Source: Selaginella moellendorffii (taxonomy: Eukaryota > Plantae > Lycopodiophyta). From it: 64,000 nucleotides of DNA. Positions within the stretch are counted from its first letter, which is position 1. Every line of letters starts with the position of its first letter. The notes beneath the pieces are model-generated. The model was given only the letters and a program-made list of their open reading frames with translations. It had not been told where the DNA came from and made no database searches. A program made the translations under genes and the position numbers. The stretch spans positions 5,544,360 to 5,608,359 of the forward strand of contig NW_003314261.1 of assembly GCF_000143415.4 (NCBI RefSeq), written 5' to 3'. Shown here in pieces: positions 12,430-23,702 of this stretch.

Positions 12430-14130
12430 TTGGTTTAAATGTTTCTCATTGTTTGAATCATAAATAATGCTATCATATGGCATTTGTATGTATCAATAAA
12501 TTATCTAGAAAGGCTTATGCAACCCAAACTCTTCAATATACACTCCTTATGATGCTTCTCATATTCAACCAAGGATGCAAGTAGTCTTGACATAGCAGGT
12601 TGCAAGTTGTGCATGCATGGAGACCAAGGCTAAAACTCCAAAACATATACAAAAGAATCAATCATGCTTTACCCTTCGCTCACTCATTGCTACAAGTTTG
12701 CTGACAAGTCCCTAAGAACTAGAGTGAAACCACATACCCATTCAAAATGGATATATAAGATTTGCTAGAAAGATTTTCATTCCTCAAAGCCTTCTAATTT
12801 TTCATTTATCATCAATTGAAATGTTACAAGTGCCTTTATCAATCCAAATAATATCATTGTAAATTCATACAAACTTTTTGGAGCTCAAAAAATTGTCTTT
12901 GCCGCAGCAACAAGATCTACAGGTATTTGCCAATACCCTGGAGCCCTAAAAATGATTTGTCAGTTTGTAAAACACTTAACCCCATCTGATTTCGGAACAA
13001 GATATGACTCAATAACATATAAATACATGACTTGTAAATGACTCCTAAGTCAAAAGATCTACAGTATAGTACTATTTTAATTGGACACAAGACTATGCTA
13101 AATGCGTATAATAGACTTAGTTTAATTAGTGGGATCAAAGAGCTTTGGGAAATGAGCTCTAGATTTTCATCCCATTCTACAAGAGAGGGCTTAAAAGGTG
13201 AAAGAAGAAAATCTTAAATAATAATCTTTGAGTTTTGGCAAATATAATTAATAGCAACAAAGGAAGGATGTCTTGGAATAGTGAGTAGGTTCTTTTCAAA
13301 GTCATAATAAACTCTAATAATACACAACCAATTGACACCCAAAATGATATCATAAACTTGATTAGGCATCACTTCTAATGGAAGAGTGTGCTTATATTCC
13401 CCAAGTTTCAGAGGCACATATGCCATAGACAACAATCAGGTGGAAAACTTTTTATTATAAAAAATGGGACTTCTTGTCATATCAGTGTCATAAATAACCC
13501 TAGAGAAAACATATATAAATTTTCAAATCCTTATAAGAAATAATACACCTCTCTTTATTCACAATAATAAGACATATTTTACTATCTATGCATGTTAGAA
13601 GAAAGGCAAGATGTGTATAAATCCTCCTCTTACCTTTAGATACATCCATTAGTTTTCCAAATGATTAACAGAAAGCATTTCACTACTATCATAATCTTGA
13701 GAGATACAATTGCTTAATGATAGTTCCCTCACTCTACTCAAGATTGGCACATCCATGTCTATAAGCTTCTCCTTGACTATGTCTGTGCTCATGACCACAA
13801 CACCACTATAGCACCAAAATCTCAAGTTGCTATAGTTGAGATGGGATCAACATCCATAAGAACTGTAAAAACAACTAGGTGAGATATACTTGATGAGAGT
13901 GTTAGATATGGCTTTCCTCTACTCTATGAGTAATCACAATGGCATCATTAAAGGCAATATCCTTTCACAAAAGCTCTAATAGGACTATAGACATGATAGA
14001 ACAATCTTAGCTTGATGGGCTTGAACATAATAAGATCCACACAAGCTAATCAAGGCCTTGAAATCAATTTGCCTCACCACAATTTTAACATATTATCTAC
14101 TGAGGCAACTTCATTTACATGGTACCAAAA
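12430..14130 (-). mobile_element. Highly degenerate Ty3/gypsy gag-pol relic
   Basis: Protease tail VPLKLGEYK...YDIILGVNWL, RT-thumb-like KSFLGLQGIGKY, RNase H-like traces; AT-rich and full of stops. Confidence 0.55.
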
Positions 14131-14885
14131 AGCTTGTAAAAAACCATGCAAATGAGGAAGAAACTTTTGAAGTTTGGCCATATCATCCTATCCATGATAC
14201 ATGATTATTATCCCAAAATGGTTAATCCATGAGTTATATGCAACCCATGATGCAAACATGGGTTGTATCCACTGCATGTATGTGGGGGCACTTAAGCTTC
14301 CAACCAAGTGTTGCAACCAACTATTGCATCCCCACTTGGTTTTGAGCCAGCTATGCAAACATCAAGGTTAAAAACTGCTCAAGCCCATTAGAAGCCCACA
14401 TATGTGCCACCAGTTAAAGGACCCCAAGAATAATAAATTAGGATTACTAGGATACTAGACTAATAGCAAATCTTAGGTTGTATCTGTGTGCTGCATGTAT
14501 GGTATATATGTATACCAGTCTCATAAATATAAGGAAAATATGGAGAGAATTCTAAAATATTAAGAATAAAACTTGTGATGCAACAATATAAATCCTTTTC
14601 AATTTAATTGAATATTGCCATTATTAACAAAGTAAGGTCCCCAAGAAGAACCCATTCCGGTGCCCTCACTTCCTTCGATCCTAGCGTGGATTCATTCGCG
14701 GTGTTGGGTTTGAATCCCATCCATCGGATTAAAGCGCTAGAAGATATTTCATCGCAACCGACGGTGGCGATGGGGCGCGCATTTGGAAATATCTCCCCAA
14801 GAACCCTAAATCGCCGCCATAGCCAATATATCTTATCCAAGCGGCAGGGTTTTGGGGTTTTGGCGAGGGCGCGATCGATCCGGCC

Positions 14886-16091
14886 ATGGCGCTGATGCAG
14901 CAGCTCTCCTCTCCCAGGTACAGCGGGAATGTAGATTGGAGCAGCAGCGGCGGCGCATTGCCCAGTGCTGCACTCCCAGGAAGCTGCTGCCGATTGCCAC
15001 CAGCGTTCTACGGCAGCGTAATCCGCGCGGCCAGAGCGGCGCCGCCGCGGGGCGCGACGAGAATCATGGCGTCGGCGGCGGAGGCTGCCGAGGCCAAGCC
15101 CCGGCGGGCCGCCAAGGACGTCAAGATCACCTGGGGCGTCCACAACGGCAAGACGCTGGGGATGCTCTCGGACGACTACCTCAACTGGCTCGTCAACACC
15201 GTCAAGGCGGAATGGGGGCGGCTGGCGCAGGAGGTGATCGACGAGCGCAAGGCAAACCCGAGCTACACGCCCCGCCCGCCGCCGCCGCCCCGCCAGGCGC
15301 CGTCCGAGACCTCCACCACCAGCGGCGGCGGCTTCTCGTTTGGATTCAAGCGCTACGCCAAGGAGAACATCGACTACATCCGGAGCGTGGACATCGAGGC
15401 CGGGAGGGACTATCCGGAGTGCTGCGACGAGCCCGAGTTCCCGAGCAAGGACGACTTCACTCGCTACATCAAGAACGCGGGCGATAACAAGGACTTCAAG
15501 GAGGCCCAGAGAGTCCACGCCCGAGTCTACAACAGTGAGTTCCGGAGGAACCGCTTCCTCGCCAACCTTCTGATCGACATGTACGAGAAGTGTGGCGCGC
15601 TGCTCGAGGCCCGCCGCGTCTTCAACTCCGTCAACCAGCCGGATATCGGGTGCTGGAACCTGATGCTCCGGGCCTACGCCAAGCACGGCGAGCTCGAGGA
15701 CGCGAGGGAGGTGTTTGATCTCATGCCCAAGCGCGACGCCATGTCGTGGGAGCTCATCATCCGCGTCTACAACGACAAAGGCAACACCGAGGAGGCGGAC
15801 CGGCTGCGAGCGCAGTCGGGCTTGCCGGACAGTGACAAGGGTGGCCGGGTGAGCGTGCCCGAGGTGAAGCCGCAGCTGCTGTGCTTCCACACCGAGAAGA
15901 TGTCGGTGGCGTTCAACATCAGCACCACCAACCCTGGTACGCCGATGTGGTTCGTCAAGAACCTCAGCATCTGCGCCGACTGCCACAAGACGACCAAGGT
16001 GATCTCCAAGGTGATCAAGAAGCAGATCACCGTGAGAGACGCGACGACGTTCCACCACTTTGAGAATGGAGTGTGTACCTGCGGTGCGTGA
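14886..16091 (+). CDS. Intronless organelle-targeted protein: ExoX-C/DUF3820-like module, short PPR tract and truncated DYW deaminase-like domain
   Basis: Ala/Ser/Arg-rich transit peptide; ITWGVHNGKTLGMLSDDYLNWL; PPR motifs NLLIDMYEKCGALLEARRVFN and WNLMLRAYAKHGELEDAREVFDLMP; HTEK...KNLSICADCH...FHHFENGVCTCGA*. Confidence 0.88.
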   Translation: MALMQQLSSPRYSGNVDWSSSGGALPSAALPGSCCRLPPAFYGSVIRAARAAPPRGATRIMASAAEAAEAKPRRAAKDVKITWGVHNGKTLGMLSDDYLNWLVNTVKAEWGRLAQEVIDERKANPSYTPRPPPPPRQAPSETSTTSGGGFSFGFKRYAKENIDYIRSVDIEAGRDYPECCDEPEFPSKDDFTRYIKNAGDNKDFKEAQRVHARVYNSEFRRNRFLANLLIDMYEKCGALLEARRVFNSVNQPDIGCWNLMLRAYAKHGELEDAREVFDLMPKRDAMSWELIIRVYNDKGNTEEADRLRAQSGLPDSDKGGRVSVPEVKPQLLCFHTEKMSVAFNISTTNPGTPMWFVKNLSICADCHKTTKVISKVIKKQITVRDATTFHHFENGVCTCGA

Positions 16092-16647
16092 GAGCAAAAG
16101 CTCGAAGATGGTCCATCTCTGTCCATCCATCACGCGACGAAAACAGCTACTTAGGTGCCGCGACACGGAGTTGAAGAGGATTTTGCGTAGTGTAGTCGAT
16201 CTGGTTGGCCTCTGGAAGTCAAGGTGAAGGTAACGAAACAAAAGAGGAACCAGTGTCTCTCCTTACCAATACTTACTAGAGCTATAAGCAGTCTTAGTGT
16301 ACACTTTGCTGTTCATTGTCCATCTCGCTTGTTATTGTCAAAAAGATCACAGCTTTGTTCTCTTTGTATTCATCTCTTTCGCCTCAGAAACAAGCTTGAA
16401 GATCATACTTCCTTCCGTCACGAGACAAGTATTTGACGAGAACATTTTGCGAGCTCTATTTCTCTGGAAGCAAAGGTGAATGCAGCAAACAAACAAGAAG
16501 ATGATCTACAAGAGTTTCTCCTTGCTAGTACTTACTAGCTATAAGCATGTTAGTGTGATATTGTCAAAAGATCTCGTCGAGAAGCTTTGCAAACGCAGCT
16601 TTGCTCTTTGTATCCATCTCTTTTGCTTCTGTAAGTGAGCAGCCTGG

Positions 16648-17969
16648 TTACGTGCTGCCAAGAGCAATAAACTTACCAAAAGTTTCGTCCTCCGCCTTCT
16701 TCATTTGCTCGTGCATCTTTGAAGCCGCTTCTGATATCTCCGCTGCTACGACGAACACTCGCATTGTAACCAAAAAAGCCACAGTAGAAATAGAGCGGGG
16801 AATACCTTGCATGATTGACAGCTTCGTCTTGTCTACCGAAGAGGCTGCTTCGTTCACAGCATCAATTTTGGCGCGCTTCAGGGACAGCCATGTCTCCAGA
16901 GTCTGGCGTTCCCGATTTAGTTTAGAGGTCTCTCTCCTCACCTGGCAAAACAATGGTGAGCGCTTTGTAATAACAGTGGAACCGTGGAGAACTTTACCGA
17001 GAGGATCCGACTTCTAAGAAGATCCAATTCATTGTCCAGTTCAGCCTCTCTGGCAATATCGACTGGATCTGGTTGTGGAGTCTCTTCTTCCTTCTCTTCA
17101 GCCTGAATGAACCACCTTTGAATCTATTTAGCAACCAGTTTTGAAAAACAAGCTGACCTGAACGGTTTCTACTATCTCTGGTACATAGAAGCAGTTTGTT
17201 TTGCAATACTTCTCCCATCGCAAGAGATTTTTCTCAAGAGCCATTTGCACCTTTTCGAAAACAGTATCGACCGCCTGAGGCAGAAGCAAAAAATGTTGAG
17301 GACGAAACAAGAAAAAAAAATCGCAAAGGAAAAGTTTTAACCTCTTTCAACTGAGCTAGTTCTTCGTCCGACGAAATTTGCAGACGCTCGAGAAGGTGGC
17401 TGTAACAGGCAAACGATCAAAACCAACCCAGAAGCCACAAGAGAGCACGAACTACCTTTCCAAGGCATCGAACCCGTCAATGTTGTGGTCATTCAACTGG
17501 ACACAGAACCTTTGGTCAGGAAAAACACAGGCGGAAGGAAGTGACTTACTGCTTTGGCCACCTCCACAAAGAATTTTTGCTTATCAAAGTCTCCTTGCAG
17601 AGTAGCCTACAAGAGAAAGTACTCGCTTACAACAAGAAAAAGGGATCAAGAAGTCACAGGTTTTCTCAACCACAAACACAAACGCATACATTGCAAGCGA
17701 ACTAAGAAAGAAGCGCACCTAAATGAGTGGAGGTTGGAACACGGCGATTTCGAAATAGCATGAACAGCAATGGAAGGATCACACCAACAATCATGATCAC
17801 GGCTCCCACCAAATAACGCACCACTCCTGGTGGCTCTAGCTCAGTCTAGAACGAAAAAGAAAAACGAAATCCTTAGAAACTCCCCAATAATTTCACGCTC
17901 GACAGTGCAATAGAGGCTAGATCACGAGAATGCAGCGAAAATTCTTCCGCGCAAGATACTTACACTCAT
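16648..17969 (-). CDS. MIS12: Kinetochore protein MIS12 homologue
   Basis: Spliced exons read ATLQGDFDKQKFFVEVAKA|LNDHNIDGFDALE|SHLLERL..LKE|AVDTVFEKVQMALEKNLLRWEKYCKTNCFYVPE, then a coiled coil. WExYCxxxCFxVP is the plant Mis12 signature. The start codon is inferred from the ATGAGT mini-exon at 17969-17964. Confidence 0.75.
17584..17969 (-). CDS. Membrane micro-protein copy 2 (51 aa, MSTELEPPGVVRYLVGAVIMIVGVILPLLFMLFRNRRVPTSTHLGYSARRL), overlapping the MIS12 5' end
   Basis: Exons 17969-17964, 17845-17719 and 17606-17584; clear paralogue of 5672-5917 with a 14-nt shorter exon 2. Confidence 0.6.
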
Positions 17970-18162
17970 GCCGGACGGACCGATCTGCCAGCGCCAGCTC
18001 CCGAGCTACACGAAGATCTTCTCCTCCTCGCGAAACCCTAAATCCCATAGAATGCCAGTTTAAACTTTACCCTTGATTTAGGGCTTATGGAAGAATAGAG
18101 TGTAAGTTTCTAAGGATTTCGTTTTTCTTTTTCGTTCTAGACTGAGCTAGAGCCACCAGGAG
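17824..18162. repeat. Perfect 57-bp inverted duplication (17824-17880 / 18106-18162) bracketing the MIS12 first exon and promoter
   Basis: Exact reverse complement, containing the intron acceptor and first codons of the micro-protein exon. Confidence 0.92.
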
Positions 18163-19600
18163 CGATTCGAAAGGAGCAGGATATCGGCAGCTGCGAGAGA
18201 TCCTACACGGCGGCGATCCCGCAAAGATTCGAGGAATTTCGTCGTGGAAGGTTTGGCGCTGCTGTGGAGTTATACACGCTTGCTGCAAGGCTGGCGATGG
18301 CGAGGTCCAACAGGTCCGAGGCCTGTTCAGCCTTGACAGGTATGAGCGGGCTCTCAAAGAGGCAGAGACGGTGCTTGGGCTCGACGGAAGAGCATTCTCA
18401 GAGAAGCTAGAGGAACTGCGGCAGTACGAGTTGGGCTTCTCCTTCCTCGCGTCAACAGGTCCTCGCAGGCGTGTGAGACGCACGAAGATGTAGTGCAGCT
18501 ATGGCAAAAGGCAGCCGTGTTCGTCATCCAGAGCAAGTCTGGAATTTACAGGGATAAAGAAGGGGACGAAGTTACCGACCTCGTTGGTCTGGGATGATTG
18601 TCAACGGTGCTGGCCGCGTTTCTCACAGCGGACGTTCGAGCTGGAGACTTGCTCAAGCTGACAGTCCTCAAGCGAGAACAACAAAGGAGTACCGCTAGAA
18701 GTGTACATGCTGCTAGCAGCAACAGGTGGAAGCAACTTGTGTTTCGGACTACTCATGCTGCCTTGGCCTCACCGAAAGCACTTCCAGTTAAGCTTCTCCA
18801 GAGCAACTTTCTGGAAACTCCAGCTTTCACGACGATGTGAACTTTGTGGAGAAAACCCACCGGAGGTCAACCTCTTCTGGAAACCAAGCCTGAAACAGTT
18901 TGACGTGTCCCTGCGCCAAATGTTGTAGAGCTTTATGAGGCGCTGGCTCCTGTATTTCAAATGTCAGCTGGAGCGTGAGAGGCACGCTTATCAGAGACAT
19001 GACAGCAGGCATGGAGCTCTTGAGGTGCTACGGCGGCGATCCTTTGGGCCCGAGAAGCTCTAGGACAGGTTGTCCGAGGTGCGAGCTCGAGAAGGAGATG
19101 GAGGATCGGCTGCAAGGCGTGAACGAGCAGTCCAGCAAGTCCAAAGGTCTGCTGAAGAGATTCTGGTTGCAGCAAAGCTAGCAGTGGAAGTGGAGAAAGT
19201 TTTGGCGTCCAGCCCGAAGGTGGTGAGAACTGTGTAATAACAATGCCAATCATCACAGCACTGTGTGGCTTCACTTTTAATATCAGTGATTCTGTAATGC
19301 CGCCAGTGGAGGAAGTGATATGGGGGTTTTACGAGACACTGCGTGTGATGATCCTGTGTGATCTGAGAAGCGTGGGAGTTTTGGAGGAAGTGCCGGTTGC
19401 TCGTTTTGAAACGAGCAACCATCCAGATGGCTGGACAACGCAAAGGTTGGCAGCGTATTGGTGATGGTTTGGAGGAGAAGATGCTCTTGCCCAGCTTCCC
19501 TTGAAATTGCAATGCTCTTGACTGAAAGCAAAGAGGAAACGCACGAGCTTGTGCCAGAGAAAGTTGAGAGAACAATTAAAGTTGGGTTTAATTCAGGTGG
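18141..19600 (+). pseudogene. Fragmented coding-like region of unknown family
   Basis: GC-rich, coding-like composition with multiple stops and frameshifts; begins with the duplicated TELEPPG exon start. Confidence 0.3.
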
Positions 19601-20199
19601 CAAGGTGATATGGCAGATGATAAGCAAAATTAAAGATTCTGGTATCAAGTAGTGTAGAGGAATCTTAGGTTTTGGAGTATAAAAGGTAGGAGTTTGAAGT
19701 CCAAGGGCAGGCCAGGCCTCACCCCTTAGAAGCATTGGCTCTTAGATCTAGTAAAAAGAGTTTCTTTCTAGATCTTTGTCTGGTTTATGATTAACATAAG
19801 CTTGTTTGAGTTTTGTAATTTGCATTCAGTCATGGAAACATGTGGAGTTCTGGTGTAAGAATTGGAAGAAGGCCCTGATTGGGCCGGATCAAAGCTGGGT
19901 GCATCTAAGGTAGCTAAAGGTGGGAAATTGATGAAAAAGCATTAGGTAGTTACCACATCGTACATCGTACCCTTCTTGGATCAGTCCTAACTTGGACTAT
20001 TCACCCCACCTTTATATTGGAGAAGTGAAGTTTGCAATCTAATTTATTCATTAAAAGGTGGTAGTTTTGGTAAAATGGTGGGTGGGAACTCATCCCTATA
20101 TGTTGGAGAAAGCTCTTAGAACCAAGAAAGATGGATTTGGGCTGACATAGATGAAAGGGAGTGTGTTCAATGTGTTCTAGAGGCAAGATTGGGGAATCT

Positions 20200-22920
20200 T
20201 GAAGTGGCGCTCAAGAGGTGGCAAGTCAGCTTGGTGAAGAAGGAAGAAGTTATTCAGCTACTAACAAGGCTTTTGGCAATAAAGTGGCACCAAGGGCTTT
20301 AATGTTTCAACCAAAGGGGGAATTTTGAATGCCCCAAGAGGAATATGCATTATTTGGTAGAGGGCAACCATCCATTGGTCAAGAATGAGGATCTCTATCA
20401 TCTTTTGGGTAAGAAAGATTAGGCAAGGGAGCTTTTGACATGCAGTTTGAGATTCTTGAAGGTCAAGATGAATGAAATTAGTCATTTGATTTAAAATATG
20501 GTGTTAATGGTGGATTCTCAAACATTGAAGGGCAAATTACAATAATAAATCATCCATCAAGTGGAGAGGAGAAGGAATTTGTGTTTTTTGGGTCAATTAT
20601 TCAATATAGAAGAAGAGTGAGAAATCAGAAGCTTATAGAGAGCAATGGCTAGAGAGTCATTAGGTGATTTGATTTGGGAGGAATTTGAGATGCCATGGAA
20701 CTCACAGGACTTGTAAATGAGGATATATATGCCCCATCAGCTTCTAGCTCAATGTTCAAACTGACTAGGATCAATGATTTCCCCTCCATAAGTTTTCAAA
20801 GACATATTCCATGGGATTTTACACTCCCAAGCTTTCTTGGACAAGATTCCTCCACAGATATATAAGGTGAAGGTTGCAAAAGGGAAATAAACAATTTTTA
20901 TAATAACTTAAGTTGTAAAAAAGTAGGTGATATTTGCGAAGGGTTCAATAGAGGAGGATGAAATGAGTAGGTTCTTGGACACTATTCCGGATGGTGAATC
21001 TAAAGTTGATATAAAAGGCATAAAATATAATAGTAAGGCATCCCATCAGTCTGGGTGGAAGCTTGATAGACACTATTTGTTAAGAAAGTAAGCATCTCTA
21101 ATAAAAAGGTTAGCATATCAGTATTTTGAGGTGAAAATATAGGTGATCCACAAAAATATGAACAATATGCTTCAAGTAGGGGTGAGGGAGCTTTTAGATT
21201 TGTCATAGTATTTTTTTCATGGTACTAATGCCAAAGTTTGATGTATTTTTAAGGATATGTGTCAACTATAAACTGCTAAATGACATATAGCAAAAGATGC
21301 TTATCCAATGCCAAGAATGAACACAATGTTGAAGATAATTAGGGTTATTTATCTTCATTTTATATATTAGAAAGTTATCCAAGCAACAAGAAAAGATAAC
21401 ATTAATGACTCAAGGGGATTATTCAATTTTACTAGGATGCCATTTGAGTTATCAAATATGCTAACAACATTTCAAAGGATGATGAATGGAATCTTGACAC
21501 CCCACAATACTTATGTTCATCTTTATTTTGATGATATCTTGATACATTTAGATTTTGTGGAAGATCACTTTAGGCATATGGATCAAGTACTAAAAGCTTT
21601 TAAGTCGAAGGTGAAGAAATGTATTTTCTTCACAAGGAAGGTGGAATTTTTGGGATTTTTTAAAATAAATAAAGGAATTAAGTTGAATTCAAATAAGACA
21701 TAGGCTATAGAAGAGATGTAATAGCCATTGAATCTCATTGTTTTATGACTTTCTTCAAATAGAAGATTATAGTTTACAACTGAGGTATACCCATTGGTGC
21801 AATTACTAAAAAAGGGAAAGTTATATATCTGGACATAGGAAGAGGAGAAAGCATTTGGGAATTTTAAAAAGTTATTTGTTTTATCTCTAATATTAAACAT
21901 ACCAAACTTTTCTCTTCCCTTTTTCATCTAAACAAACTAGCAGTTCTATGCTATTACGGCAATTCTTTTAAATCAAGTTAGAAAATTTTCAAAGAAGGAA
22001 ACTTTGATAAAGCAAGTGCTATATTACAGTAATTAAAAGCTTAATTTGCACCAGGAGAATTATGCTCCTACATAATGTGCAATGGTATGGGCTATATGTA
22101 AGGAATTTTGGCATTATCTATATAGGCATTATTTGGTAGAAAACAAGTCACTTTGCTTTGAAATGCATGAAGTAATAAAGAGGTTGGCTAAATGGGATAT
22201 GAAGCTCCACCAATTCTTATTCAATGTTTACTATAGAACAGGAATCCATCACTTTACACTTTCTAAAATGTTAACAACAAGAATTAGAGCTTTTTGGGTT
22301 TTAATGGATTCTTATGCATTGCAATAAGAGAGGTGGATAATATACATTCATGTGAAATGTATGGAAATAAGACATAAGCAAGGAGGAAGTGCAAGTATTG
22401 TGGAAAGTTAGCCCATTAGAAATGCATCAAGGGATCAGGATATTAAAATTTTTGCTGAGGTGACTACAAAAAAGAGATTTGGAATGAACTTCCTTTAGAG
22501 GAAAAATACTTTGCTAGGGAAGTCAACATGCAAGGGTGAAGCTCATAAAGATTCCCACAAAGCTATGCATTGATCTCACCCAAATACTAAGAATCTTCAT
22601 TATAAAATAACTACATGGCAATAACAATCAAGGTTAACAAAATGGGTTAAGACAACATTGTTAAAACGTAAAGAGCTAAAAGAAGTCATTGTATAGTTCT
22701 ATAAGGATGTGATCTGCCAATATAGAGCTTTAGAGGTGATGCTCTTAGACAATGAGCAAAAATGCATGGTAGAATTTGAGAGATGTTTGAAATATTTAGT
22801 AATTTAACACTTGACAACTTGTTATATTTTCCTAAAGCAAATGGACTAGCAGAAAAGTTCATAAGAACTTTAATAACATTTATCAAAGCCAAGATTCAAG
22901 AAAAGAGAGTAAGGATTGTG
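20200..22920 (+). mobile_element. Degenerate Ty3/gypsy pol relic
   Basis: RT MPFELSNMLTTFQRMMN...LYFDDILI, RNase H WAICKEFWHYL, integrase YFPKANGLAEKFIRTL, in RT-RH-INT order. Confidence 0.8.
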
Positions 22921-23496
22921 AAATTGAAATGTATAATTCCTTTATACTTACGAAGATATAGGTTATCATTTTTTCTCCCAAAAGATTTTGACTTTTTGTC
23001 ATGGAAGCATCCCCTTCTAATTCTCTCCTATTATTACATCCAAATGATTTTCCACCTTATATTGCCTTTATTCTCTCTTTTATCTTTTTTATTTATTTTT
23101 TATAAATAGAAAGTTTATATCTACACTATCATACTTTACATCTCTAAGATCTTTTCCTTATGTAAGCTTTTCATATTGCTATATAGTTAATGATAATTTT
23201 AATTATTTTAATTAAATATAATTGATTTTTCATTGTAATAGTTACTGATTATATTGTATAAGGTTTTTAAATAGTAAATAATCAATTTAATCACTTTTGA
23301 TTATGATTTTGTTAGTCTTAAACTAAAGTATGGGTATCATTTTAATGAAATGGGCTTTATTTTATTTTGCAATATTACTTTAATGTACAGTTTACCATCT
23401 CATATTTGAATTTAAGACAAATCATGAAGCTTGATTGAGTGTGATGTTTTAACTATGTTTTGACCATGAAAGCTAAACATGATTGTAAATAAAGAT

Positions 23497-23702
23497 CTAA
23501 ACAATTAAAAGAAATAACTCAAGAGATGATCTATAAATATTCAAATATAAAAAGAAAAGATCCATAAATAAGAGTGCACCCCTTTTTCCAATTATTTAAG
23601 GGTCTTGGGATATTTGGGTTTAGCATCCTTAGGTTTGAGTGGTATTAGGTTAAATGACCTCTTGGGAAGTCTAAACTTAAAAATTTATATTTAGTATTAG
23701 AG
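23497..23702 (+). mobile_element. Degenerate copy of the 5S-containing (Cassandra-like) LTR followed by a tRNA-Met-type PBS relic
   Basis: Colinear with 55111-55304 (AAGAGTGCACCCC...GGGTCTTGGGATATTTGGG...GACCTCTTGGGAAGTC); followed by TTTAGTATTAGAG, similar to TGGTATCAGAG. Confidence 0.7.

Noticed and set aside
14604-16241. 545-aa minus-strand ORF
   Set aside because: Antisense shadow of the GC3-rich PPR/DYW gene; no recognisable motifs
16270-16630. Locally duplicated ~100-bp block downstream of MIS12
   Set aside because: Ordinary degenerate tandem duplication with no sign of function
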